From Phyllobates terribilis (taxonomy: Eukaryota): 64,000 bases of DNA. Every line of letters begins with the position of its first letter. Within the stretch, counting starts at the first letter, position 1. Below, piece by piece: positions 33,610-45,600 of this stretch. The DNA lies in the NCBI RefSeq assembly GCF_046119375.1, contig NW_027362768.1, positions 164,548,001 to 164,612,000 on the forward strand. Reading direction: 5' to 3'. Under the pieces are notes generated by a model, which had not been told where the DNA came from, ran no database searches, and worked only from the letters and a program-made list of their open reading frames with translations. The position numbers were made by a program, and so were the translations under genes.

Positions 33610-35161
33610 ATGGAGCAGCCGCAGCAGCCTCGGCACCAGAAGCACACCCAGGAGCAGCGTCCACCGCAGAGCAGGAGCAGTGGGCGTTCTGGAACACGCA
33701 GCACCAAGGATTCAAGATCCAGCCGGCATAGCTCAAGCAGGATTGATGATTCCACGGTCTCCCGAGGAGAAGTGTCGGATACCGTCCTGCCTCCCGTTCC
33801 GGTACCGTGTTTTTATCTACTGGGTGGTGAGTGAGCTACGTGAAAGTCAACATATTAATGTAGACTTTTTTCTGTTTTGTCTCTCTCTCTCCCTCTTCTT
33901 CCTTTCATCTCGTCAGGATATCCCTAAGAAATGTACGGGGAAATCCAAATACAGAGAGTGTGGCCTCTGTGAATGGGGTCTGACTAAAGACTGGCCTAAA
34001 AAGTTATGCCAGCCATGTATTGAGGAAACAGTTTCAGAGGGAACTCCGGACTTTGCTTCAAATTTAAAAACACTTATTAAGTCTGAGGTGGAAAGATCAC
34101 TAAAATTGTTTTCTCAGGGAAAAGAAGCGTCCCAGACCCATAGAGCAAAAAGTCCACCCACCCTTTCAGACTCTGAATCCGACGAGGGAATGCTGAATGA
34201 CTCCATTGACTCTTCCTCTTCGGATAGTGAGGCAGGCACAGGTCATTGTTTTCCCCTAGAGAGTGTTGATAGCTTAGTTAAAGCCGTCAGGTCCACAATG
34301 GGGTTAGTTGACCAGAAGGCAAAAAAATCGGTCCAAGATATTATGTTCGGTACCTTGGATCGGAAGAAACATAGGGTTTTTCCGATTATCGATAAGGTGC
34401 AGGGACTTATCAAGAAGGAGTGGGATAGGCTGGAGAAAAAAGGTCCCCTTCCATCCTACTTCAAAAGAAAATATCCCTTTGATGAGGAAGATACCGCATC
34501 CTGGAATAAAGCCCCGAAGCTGGATGTTGCGATGTCCAAAGCTTCTAAAATATCTTCTCTCCCTTTTGAAGATACAGGGATGCTGAAGGGCCCACTGGAC
34601 CAGAAGGTAGATACCTTCCTTAAGGGTACTTGGGAATCATCAGCGAGGGCATTGAAACCAGCCATAGCGGCAACATGTACTGCAAGATCCCTCATGGTTT
34701 GGTTAGACAGGTTAGAAGACCAGTTTAAAAGCAACGAGTCACAGGACTCCATTCTGGCCTCTGTTCCAGTATTGAAAGGAGCTGCGGCCTTCATATCTGA
34801 CACCTCTGCGGATTCCGCCAGATTAGCGGCAAGATCTGCGGCCCTGTCTAATGCCGGCCGTAGAGCAGTCTGGCTGAAATGTTGCCCAGGGGATATACAG
34901 ACGAAAGTGAAACTATGTTCTCTTCCGTGTGAAGGAGATTTTATTTTTGATACCTCTCTTGACACAATTCTTGAGAAGGCAGGTGACAACAAAAAGGGAT
35001 TTCCTAAATCTTCCTTCTCGGCTTTTAAACAGTCCTTTCGGAGGAAGAAATTTGCCCGCATAAGAGCATCCACAGAACAACCTAGATGGGAGGATCGTTC
35101 CAGAAAAGGAAAAGGGTTTTTATTCAGCGGGCCCTCCCAAGATAGTCGTAAACCCCGAAAA
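33610..35161 (+). pseudogene. DIRS gag-like ORF (probably spliced 33610-33801 + 33917-35161)
   Basis: ATG in strong Kozak context at 33610; long pyrimidine tract and AG at 33915-33916; CGLC..LCQPC finger and the LAP2-alpha-like PKLD..MSK..K..LPFED..LK.P.D.K.D region. Confidence 0.7.
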
Positions 35162-35990
35162 CGACTCTTTATCCCAGGTGGGAGGCTCTCTCTCTTCCTT
35201 CCAGCCTGGGAAAGGATCTCTTCCAAAAGGTGGATCCACAGATTGATAAAATCAAGATTAAAGCTGGAATTTCTGAGGAACCCGCCAGAGAGATTTATCC
35301 TGATTGCCTTAAGATCCTCTCTACCGCAACAGCAGGCACTGAAGGAAGAGATTTCAGGTCTCCTTCGAAAGAACATCTTACGGGAGGTATCCCCACAAGA
35401 GGACAGAAGAGGGTTCTATTCCCTCTTTTTCCTTGTAAAGAAACCAGACAACTCATACAGAGTAATTATCAACTTGAAAGGCCTGAACAAATTCCTGAAC
35501 ATTCCATCATTCAAGATGGAAACAATAAAATCAACGATAAGCCTTCTATTTCCCGGCTGCTACATGGCAATGTTGGACCTAAGAGATGCGTATTATCATG
35601 TGCCAATCCATCACGAGTGGCTGTAACTGTACAGGGAGTCGTCAGGCACTTTCAGTACAGAACTCTTTCCTTCGGCCTAGCAGTGGCGCCCCGCATATTC
35701 ACAAAACTTATAGTGGAGGTTACGGCTCATGTCAGGGAGGAACACAGATTGATCATCCCGTACTTGGACGACTTCCTGATAGTGGGAAAAACTCACGATC
35801 ATTGCCTGGCCCAAGTGGATCAGGTGTGCGTCATCTTAGGATGGTGTTTAAACCTGGAAAAATCAAAACTGATCCCGCAAACAATTCAGATCATTTTAGG
35901 TATACTCTGGATTCGGTTCGACAGGACTGCCTCCTGCCTGAACAGAAAAAATAAAAAAAACGTGCCTAATTTCAGCTCTGTTGAGGAAGA
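35162..35990 (+). pseudogene. DIRS reverse transcriptase, frameshifted and truncated
   Basis: GGRL..F..AW, FYS.FFLVKK....YRVIINLK.LN, LDLRDAYYHVPI, then in another frame FQY..LSFGLAVAPRIFTK and PYLDDFLI. Confidence 0.85.
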
Positions 35991-36099
35991 TCCGGGAGGA
36001 TCAGGCTCGAGTGGTCCTCATAGCCCCCTTCTGGATTTTTCCAGAGATTCCCGACCTTCTTGCTCAAGGTACTATATTCCATCCTCAGGTGAAAGGATT

Positions 36100-36780
36100 G
36101 CACTTAGCGGCCTGGAACTTGAGAGGTCATTGCTAGAAGGTCGGGGATTCTCATCAAATCTAGTTACTACCCTTCTAGGTAGTAGGGAACCGATCACTAC
36201 TAAGATTTACAGTAGAATCTGGAAGAAATCCTTGTCATCTGAGGGTTTCTCCCTGGGGGGGGTTCCCGTAAAGTCCATTTTGGAATTTCTTCAAAAAGGG
36301 CTGGAAAAAGGCCTAGCGGTTAGCACCCTAAAGGTCCAAATCTCTGCATTCGGGGCCTTGTATAATTATAATCTGGCTGGTAACAAATGGATTTCCAGGT
36401 TCGTGAGGGCATGCAGTAGAGCCAAACCAGCCCCTATAATAAGGGTCCCTTCTTGGGATTTAAACTTAGTGCTAAACGCATTAACAAATTCTCCCTTTAA
36501 GCCCCTTAGTTCAGGGTCCATAAAGTTACTTGCCCTAAAAACAATACTTCTTGTGGCCTTAACATCAGCACGGAGGGTTAGTGAGTTACAGGTTTTATCT
36601 GCAGATCCACCTTTTACCTTAGTTCTAGACGATAGGGTAGTTTTGAGACCTGACCCTGCTTTCCTACCTAAGATTATATCCAAGTTTCACATGTCTCAGG
36701 ATATAGCCCTACCATCCTTCTGTCCTGAACCAAAAAATAGCAAGGAGGAAAAATTTCATACCTTGGATGTCAGGAGACGA
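36100..36780 (+). pseudogene. DIRS tyrosine recombinase, N-terminal half only
   Basis: GFS..LV..LL.SR...T.KIY.R.W, LEFLQ.GLEKGL..STLK.QISA, PSWDLNLVL, LALTSARRVSEL, FLPK..SKFH, TLDVRR; breaks off before the catalytic HxxR/Y region. Confidence 0.85.
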
Positions 36781-38581
36781 TGTCAGGAAATTTCTGCCGC
36801 ATGTGCACAGCACATGCGGATTATCATTGGGAAACATGGCAGACAACTTAACATGCGTTTTTAATGCGTTTTCGTGGAGGAAATGGTGCCGTGGAAACGC
36901 ATTAAATCCGCATCATGGGCATGCAGCCTAAGACGCAAAAATATGCAGTATCAAAAACACACCAAAAGCGCATTGTGGGAACATAGCCTTACTGTCAGGT
37001 ATTCCCCAGGGTCGACACCGGGGAGATCTCGCAATATCTCACCGTGCCGTCACTCTGTCAGAATTTTGTCAGGGATCCACGAGCACACGGTCCCCACTAC
37101 TCACTACGTAGGTATCGGCAAGCGACCAGTGAACGTATGGCGTCACATCTCCGGATTTCAATGCATGGAATGTGTATGCGCCTCCCGTACGGTCACTGTC
37201 AGCTTCACGATAGCCCAATTATTAATATTATTCGCTGCCACCACTGACCGAGTTTGAAATATAATATAGGCCTGGTGGGACTCCTGCGTTCTGGTAGTGT
37301 ATACGGCTTTGGGGGAGGGAATGATGACAGAGGAAAAGAAACAGAGCTATTAAATTTTAGATTTAATCCAAAAGGGAGGCATTGTTTAGGAAAATAGGGT
37401 TTTACAAAGGAGACATTACAATACATAAGCAGTTATACAAAATAATAAGGATTAAAGCAGAAACTTACGCTATAAAGATCGCTGCAACGATTCAATATAG
37501 CCGGAGGAGGGGCTCCCCGATTTGATTTGAGAATTATCTAAAGCGATACGTTGCTTATAGTATCTATACCCCCGCTGGCAAAGAATATTGATCGATCTTC
37601 CATCGTCTCTCTTATGCCGAAGGGGAAGATCGGCCCACACACCCACATGACATCATGTGGGCTTGGGCTCCACCATTCATGCTAGTATTAAAAAACCTGG
37701 TTTCTGGGATAACTTATTGCTGGTTGATCCCAGAAGCCCAAAAGTGGTACCATATTTTCCGTTATGAATTTACCTTCATTTAGAGACCACACATCGCATC
37801 CATGTGATCCATTATTCTTGTGCTTTTGCGCTTCAGCTCCACGGAGGGGCTTACGGCTACGAAAAAATAAGCTGTTCTTTAGCTGACCCTACCACTAAAA
37901 ATACGGGTCCTATCATTGTCAGAATTATGGAACTTCAGTTATTCCATATTTCGTATCGGCTCAGAAAATCCTGCAGTCTGCAGCTGGGGAATTGTCTTAA
38001 TTATAGTGAGTGTGGTTGATCTTAAGAGCTAAGTCCTCCTCTTTGTGCTGTTGATGAAGAAAAGGGGACAACAGGCCCCTACATTATTCATCATGGGGGG
38101 TCACAACATTTTAATATTAATCACCAGTAATCTGACGTCTGACTCAGTACCTGTCTTGGATAAAAAAAAAGTATTAGGGACTGATTCACGTGGCTTTTGC
38201 ACCTTTTTTTTAGTATAAAAATTGTTCTGAGAGCAACTCTGTAGTTGCACTCTATTCATTTTTTAATTTTTTCAGTTTACTTGGTGGTTTTGTGTTTTTT
38301 TTTGTGTTTTTTGTTTCTTTCAGCATTATGAAGGTGGTTTTTAGTCATCATTTTTGACTTTTTAAAATGTCACAAGTGCCTTACAAAATCTGTCATAGTT
38401 GAAGACTAACGTGACATTTTAAAACTCATTGGAGATTGTGTGACATTTTACTCTAAAAAGATGCAAAAAAAAGCCCAATAAAGAAGCATCTTTGAATTTG
38501 CAATAATTTATCAAACTTTGTGAGTCCTTATTGATGAATTTTGTAATAAATCCTTCACACTTATATATAATAATCACTTAC

Positions 38582-38640
38582 ATGAATTCTTTGATGGATA
38601 TGCTTCGAACGATGAAAATTCTCCCTAAAAATAACATCAC
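38582..38640 (-). CDS. SEA domain middle micro-exon, module B (59 bp; VMLFLGRIFIVRSISIKEF-M)
   Basis: Acceptor CCCTTTTCTCCTTTCATCTCTCTAAAG| (AG at 38642-38641); donor AT|GTAAGT at 38581; phase 0 in and phase 2 out. Confidence 0.8.
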
Positions 38641-38970
38641 CTTTAGAGAGATGAAAGGAGAAAAGGGTGAGAGCTCCAGTAATGACAGTGGGAATATTCT
38701 CATCATCCGGTGTTGTAGCTTCTAGTCTGGTCTGCTGCAGTCTACACTCCTAGATTTGACCGACGCAGCAGATGATGAACATGTAATTAAAGGAAGAGGA
38801 AATGGTGCAAAATGTGTCCCAAATCTACTACATCTGTTCTGATCAGTCGTAGATTTCATGATTATAACTGTCAAAAAGTTAAAAATGCAAAACATTACTG
38901 ATATCGTGGGCGCCGTTTAATGAGTTAATTTCACCTCCCTTCTAAGACTGGTTTAAAAAAAACACTATTA

Positions 38971-39400
38971 GACCTCATTCCGACATCCGTATAAAGAGTC
39001 TGAGTGCCAGCAGTGCTTTGTATCCGATTTTCATCAGTGTTTGGTCCATGCGTTAGAGTTTTTACCGTCAAGAGTTCATCAGTTATTTCCACGTATGAAA
39101 AAAAAATGATATTAAAGCTTCTCCTATCTATTACAATGTTAATCATGGGCCGCACACGGGCAGCTCACACTGATGCCATCCAAGTGCTGTCCGTAATTTT
39201 TCACTGACCAAAGACTTGTCTGGGTAATTTTGATCTGTAACGCAATAAAAAATAGACATGTCCCAGGGATTTTTGTGCGGACACAAAGTGCACAAAAACA
39301 CGGACATGTGAATAGCACCATAGACTTTAATATTAAGTACGTGTTTTATCTTTGAAAATAACAGAACATGTACGAAATTCTTGGATGTCTGAATGAGGCC
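38971..39400. mobile_element. PIF/Harbinger-type MITE (paralog of 9313-9738)
   Basis: TTA-GACCTCATTCCGACATCC ... GGATGTCTGAATGAGGCC-TTA; TIR match 16/18. Confidence 0.7.
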
Positions 39401-39601
39401 TTAATGCATGTGGTTTACTATAATCCATTCAATTAGATGAAATCCCCCGCAGTGGAGAGGATCAGAAGAGAGAATAAAATTTTCCATATATCTGCCTGGT
39501 AATACATGGTACAACATCAACGTCCTATGAAATATATATAGACTACATCTTAACAATAAGATTATGAAAAAGAGTATGGAGATGAATTCATTGTTACTTA
39601 C

Positions 39602-42600
39602 TATGTTAACTATTTCAGTGGACTGTCTTCTATAGTCTGCAGACGATGTGTCTCTGAGACTTTCCGTATATGATCTGTTTATAATCTTGAATTTTAATGG
39701 AACTACGTTGTTAGGAGTTTTGGTTGTCTTTGGCAGAGTAATCGTTGTGGACTTAATGGTTGCGGCGGCTGGAGGCGCAGCGGGGGTGGACTCTGCAGGG
39801 GTGGACGGAGGAGCAGCTGGGGTGGTCTCTGCGAGGGTGGACGGAGGCGCAGCGGGGGTGGACGGAGGCGCAGCGGGTGTGGTCTCTGCAGAGGTGGACG
39901 GAGGCGCAGCGGAGGTGGTCACTGCGGGGGTGGATGGAGGCGCAGCGGGGGTGTTCTCTGCGGGGGTGGATGGAGGCGCAGTGGGGGTGGTCTCTGCGGG
40001 GGTAGATGGAGGCGCAGCGGGCGTGGTCTCTGTGGGGGTGGACGGAGGTGCAGCGGTGGTGGTCTTTGCGGGGGTGGACAAAGGAGCAACGGGGGTCGTC
40101 TCTGCGGAGGTGGACGGAGGCGCAGCGGTGGAGGTCTCTGCGGGGGTGGACGGAGGCGCAGCGGTGGTGGTCTTTGCGGGGGTGGACAAAGGCGCAGCGG
40201 GGGTCGTCTCTGCGGAGGTGGACGGAGGCGCAGCGGTGGTTGACTCTGCGGGGGTGGACAAAGGCGCAGAGGGGGTTGTCTTTGTGGGTGTGGATGGAGG
40301 CGCAGCGAGAGTGGTCTCTGCAGGGGTGGGCGGAGGCGCAGCGGGGGTGGTCTCTGCGGGGGTGGACAGAGGCGCAGCGGGGGTGGACGGAGGCGCATCG
40401 GGGGTGGTCTCTGCGGGGGTGGAAGGAGGCGCAGCGGGGGTGGACGGAGGCACAGCGGTGGTGGTCTCTGCGGGGGTGGACGGAGGCGCAGCGGGGGTGG
40501 TCTCTGCGGGGGTGGACGGAGGTGCAGCGGGGGTGGTCTCTGCGGGGGTGGACGGAGGTGCAGCAGGGGTGGTCTCTGCGGGGGTGGACGGAGGCGCAGT
40601 GGGGGTGGATGGAGGCGCATCGGGGGGCGTCTCTGCGGGGGTGGACGGAGGCGCAGCGGGGGTGGTCTCTGCGGGGGAGGACGGAGGTGCAGCGGGGGTG
40701 GACGGAGGCGCTGCGGGGGTGGACTCTGCGGGGGTAGACGGAGGCGCAGCGGGGGTGGACGGAGGAGCAGCGGGGGTCGTCTCTGCGTGGGTGGACGGAG
40801 GCGCAGCGGAGGTGGTCTCTGCGGGGGTGGACAGATGTGCAGCGGGGGTGGTCTTTGCGAGGGTGGATGGAGGCGCAGCGGGGGTGGTCTCTGCGGGGGT
40901 GTACTGAGGCGCAGCAGGGGTGGTCTCTGCGGTGGTGGACGGAGGCGCAGCGGGGGTGCTCTCTGCGGGGGTGGACGGAGGTGCAGCGGGGGTGGACGGA
41001 GGCGCCGCGGCGGTGGTCTCTGCGGGGGTGGATGGAGGCGCAGCGGGGGTCGTCTCTGCGGAGGTGGACAGAGGCGCACCGGGGGTGGTATCTGCGGGAG
41101 TGGACAGAGGCGCACCGGGGGTGGTCTCTGCGGGGGTGGACGGAGGCGCAGCGGGGGTGGTCTCTCCGGAGGTGGACGGAGGCGCAGTGGGGTTGGTCTC
41201 TGAGGGGGTGGATGGAGGCGCAGCGGGGGTGGTCTCTGTGGGGGTGGAAGGAGGCGCAGCGGGGGTGGACGGAGGCGCAGTGGTGGTGGTCTCTGCGGGG
41301 GTGGACGGAGGCGCAGCGGGGGTGGTCTCTGCAGGGGTGGACGGAGGCGCAGCGGGGGAGGTCTCTGCAGGGGTGGACGGAGGCGCAGCGGGGGTGGACG
41401 GAGGCGCATCGGGGGGCGTCTCTGCGGGGGTGGACGGAGGCGCAGTGGGGGTGGTCTCTGCGGGGGTGGACGGAGGCGCAGCGGGGGTGGATGGAGAAGC
41501 AGCGGGGGTCGTCTCTGCGTGGGTGGACGGAGGCGCAGCGGAGGTGGTCTCTGCGGGGGTGGACAGAGGTGCAGCGGGGGTGGTCTTTGCGGGGGTGGAT
41601 GGAAGCGCAGTGGGGGTAGTCTCTGCGGGGGTGTACTGAGGCGCAGCAGGGGTGGTCTCTGCGGTGGTGGACGGAGGCGCAGCAGGGGTGCTCTCTGCGG
41701 GGGTGGACGGAGGTGCAGCGGGGGTGGACGGAGGCACCGCGGCGGTGGTCACTGCGGTGGTGGATGGAGACGCAGCGGGGGTCGTCTCTGCGGTGGTGGA
41801 CAGAGGCGCACCGGGGGTGGTCTCTGCGGGAGTGGACAGAGGCGCACCGGGGGTGGTCTCTGCGGGGGTGGATGGAGGCGCAGCGGGGGTGGTCTCTCCG
41901 GAGGTGGACGGAGGCGCAGTGGGGTTGGTCTCTGCGGGGGTGGACGGAGGCGCAGAGGGGGTGGTTTCTGCGGGGGTGGATGGAGGCGCAGCGGGGGTGG
42001 ACAGAGGCGCAGCGGGGGTGGTCTCTGCGGGGGTGGATGGAGGCGCAGCGGGGGTGGTCTCTGCGGGGGTGGATGGAGGCGCAGCAGGGGTGGTCTCTGC
42101 GGTGGAGGACAGAGGCGCAGTGGGGGTGCTCTCTGCGGGGGTGGACGGAGGTGCAGCGGGGGTGGACGGAGGCGCCACTGGGGTGGTCTCTGCGGGGGTG
42201 GATGGAGGCGCAGCGGGGCTGGTCTCTGCGGGGGTGTACTGAGGCGCAGCAGGGGTGGTCTCTGCGGGGGTGGACAGAGGCGCACCTGGGGTGGTTTCTG
42301 CGGGGGTGGACGGAGGCGCAGCGGGGTTGGTCTCTGCGGGGATGGACGGAGGCCCTGCGGGGGTGGTTTCTGCGGGGGTGGACGGAGGTGCAACGAGGGT
42401 GGACGGAGGTGCACCGGGGGTGGTCTCTGCGGGGAAGGATGGAGGCGCAGCGGGGGAGGTCTCTGCGGGGGTGGACAGAGGCACTGCGGGGGTGGTCTCT
42501 GCGGTGGTGGACGGAGGCGCAGCGGGGGTGGTCTCTGCGGGGGTGGACGGAGGCGCAGCGGGGGTGGTCTCTGCGGGGGTGGACGGAGGCGCAGCGGGGG

Positions 42601-45600
42601 TGGTCTCTGCGGGGGTGGACGGAGGCGCAGCGGGGGTGGTCTCTGCGGGGGTGGACGGAGGTGTAGCGCGGGTGGACGGAGGCGCCACGGGGGCGGTCTC
42701 TGCGGGGGTGGACGGAGGCGCAGCGGGGGTGGTCTCTCTGGGGGTGGACAGAGGCGCAGTGGGGTTGGTCTCTGCGGGGGTGGACGGAGGCGCAGCGGGG
42801 GTGGTCTCTCTGGGGGTGGACAGAGGCGCAGCGGGGTTGGTCTCTGCGGGGGTGGACGGAGGCGCTGCGGGGGTGGTTTCTGCGGGGGTGGATGGAGGCG
42901 CTGCGGGGGTGGACGGAGGCGTAGTGGGGGTGGTCTCTGCGGGGATGGATGGTGGCACAGCGGGGGAGGTCTCTGCGGGGGTGGACAGAGGGGCAGCAGG
43001 GGTGGTCTCTGCGGGGGTGGATGGAGGCGCTGCAGGGGTGGTCTCTGCGGGGGTGGACGGAGGCGCAGCGGGGGTGGTCTCTGCGGGGGTGGATGGAGGC
43101 GCAGTGGGGGTGGTCTCTACGGGGGTGGACGGAGGCGCAGCGGGGGTGGTTTCTGCGGGGGTGGATGGAGGCGCAGCGGGGGTGGACGGAGGCGCATCGG
43201 GGGTGGTCTCTGTGGGGGTGGATGGAGGTACAGCAGGGGTGGTCTCTGCGATGGTGGACGGAGGCGCAGCAGGGGTGATCTCTGCGGGGGTGGACGGAGG
43301 TGCAGCGGGGGTGGACGGAGGCGCTGCGGTGGTGGTTTCTGCAGGGGTGGATGGAGGCGCAGCGGGGGTGGTCTCTGCGGGGGTGGACAGATTCGCACCG
43401 GGGGTGGTTTCTGCGGGGGTGGACGGAGGCGCAGCGGGGGTGGTCTCTCCGGGGGTGGATGGAGGCGCAGCAGGGTTGGTCTCTGCGGGGGTGGACGGAG
43501 GCGCAGCGGGGGTGGCTTCTGCGGGGGTGGATGGAGACGCTGCGGGGGTGGATGGAGGCGCTCCGGGGGTGGTCTCTGCGGGGATGGACGGAGGCGCAGC
43601 GGGGGAGGTCTCTGCAAGGGTGGACAGAGGCGCAGCGGGGGTGGTCTCTGCTTGGGTGGACGGAGGCGCCGCGGCGGTGGTCTCTGCGGGGGTGGATGGA
43701 TGCGCAGCGGGGGTGGTCTCTGCAGGGGTGGATGGAGGTCCAGTGGGGGTGGTCTCTGCAGGGGTGGACGGAGGTGCTGCGGGGGTGGTTTCTGCGGGGA
43801 TGGACGGAGGCGCAGCGGGGGAGGTCTCTGCGGGGGTGGACAGAGGGGCAGCAGGGGTGGTCTCTGCGGTAGTGGGCGGAGGCGCTGCGGGGGTGGTCTC
43901 TGCGGGGGTGGACGGAGGTGCCGCGGGGGTGGTCAATGTGGGGGTGGACAGAGGCGCAGAGGGGGTGTTCTCTGAGGGAGTGTACGGAGGCGCAGCATAG
44001 GTAGACGGAGGCGCAGTGGGGGTGGGCTCTGCGGGGGTGGACAGAGGCGCAGCGGGGGTGGTTTCTGCGGGGGTGGACAAAGGCGCAGCGGGGGTCGTCT
44101 CTGCGGGCGTGGACAGAGGCGCAGCGGCGGTGGTCTCTGCGGGGGTGGACGGAGGCACGGCGGGGGTGGTCTCTGCGGGGCTGGACGGAGGCGCAGCAGG
44201 GGTGGTCTCTGCGGGGGTGGACGGAGGCGCAGCGGGGGTGGTCTCTGCGGGGGTGGATGGAGGCGCAGCGATGGTGGTCTCTGTGGGGTTCGACAGAGGC
44301 ACAGCGGGGGTGGTCTCTGCGGGGGTGGACGAAGGCGCAACCGGGGTGGTCTCTGCGGGGGTGGATGGAGGTGTAGCGCGGGTGGACGGAGGCGCTGCGG
44401 ATGTCGGCTCTGCGGGGGTGGACGGAGGCGCAGCAGGCGTGGTCTCTGCGGGGGTGGAGAGAGGCGCAGTGGGGGTGGTCTCTGTGGGAGTGGACGGTGG
44501 CGCAGCAAGGGTGGTCTCTGTGGGGTTGGACGGAGGCACAGCGGAGGTGGTCTCTGCGGGGGTGGACGGAGGCGCAACGGAGGTGGTCTCTGCGGGTGTG
44601 GACCGAGGCACAGCGGGGGTGGTCACTGCGGGGGTGGACGGAGGTGTAGCGCGGGTGGACGGAGGTGCTGCGGAGGTCGTCTCTGGGGTGGTGGACGGAA
44701 GCGCAGCAGGCGTGGTCTCTGCGGGGGTGGACGGAGGCGCAGCGGGGGTCGTCTCGGCGGGGGTGGACGGAGGCGCAGAGGAGGTGGTCTCTGCGGGGGT
44801 GGACAGAGGTGCCGTGGGGGTGGTCTCTGTGGGGGTGGACGGAGGTGCAGCGGGGGTGGTCTCTGTGGGGGTGGATGGAGGCACAGCGGGGGTGGTCTCT
44901 GCGGGGGTTGACAGAGGTGCCTTGGGGGTGGTCTCTGCGGGGGTGGACAGAGGCGCAGCGAGGGTGGTCTCTGCGGGGGTGGACAGAGCCGCAGCGGGGG
45001 TTGTCTCTGAGGGGGTGGATGGAGGCGCAGCAGGGGTGGTCTCTGCGGGGGTGGAAGTAAGTGCAGCGGGCGTAGTCTCTGCGGGGGTGGACAGAGGCGC
45101 CGTGGGGGTGGTCTCTGCGGGGATGGACAGAGGCGCAGCGGGGGTGGTCTCTGTGGGAGTGGACGGTGGCGCAGCGGAGGTGGTCTCTGCGGGGGTGGAC
45201 GGAGGCGCAGAGGGGGTGGATTGAGGAGCAGCGGGGGTGGTCTTTGCGGGGGTGGACGAAGCTGAAGCGGGGGTTGTCTCTGCGGGGGTGGATGGAGGTG
45301 CAGCAGGGGTGTTCTCTGCGGGGGTGGACGGAGGCGCAGCGGGGCTGGTCTCTGCGGGGGTGGACGGAGGCGGAGCGGGGGTGGTCTCTGCAGGGGTGGA
45401 CGAAAGCGCAGCGGGGGTGGTGACTGCGGGGGTGGACGGAGGCGCAGTGAGGGTGGTCTCTGCGGGGGTGGATGGAGGCGCTGCGGGGGTGGTCTCTGCG
45501 GGGGTGGACGGAGGCGCAGAGGGGGTGGATGGAGGAGCAGCGGGGGTGGTCTCTGCGGGGGTGGATGGAAGCGCTGCGGGGGTGGTCTCTGCGGGGGTGG

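Larger units (their letters stand above)
33008..36780 (+). mobile_element. DIRS1-like tyrosine-recombinase retrotransposon, internally deleted and 3'-truncated
   Basis: T-rich start, gag-like ORF with CxxC..LCxxC, RT motifs, YR N-terminal half. No RNase H/DAM methylase region and no right ITR are recognisable. Confidence 0.9.
38040..39720. repeat. Module-B copy of duplicated block (paralog of about 8335-10060)
   Basis: Collinear; about 10 differences in about 280 bp for 38650-38930 vs 8991-9280. Confidence 0.9.

Noticed and set aside
34456-35376. 306-aa minus-strand ORF
   Set aside because: Antisense shadow of DIRS gag/pol with no recognisable motif.
39401-39601. Hydrophobic C-terminal tail of the 8094-aa ORF (FISILFFIILLL) as a transmembrane anchor; likewise 9862-9933
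   Set aside because: Both begin exactly at a consensus GTAAGT donor and are T-rich intron read-through that would truncate the SEA domain; only intron-retention reads could revive this idea.
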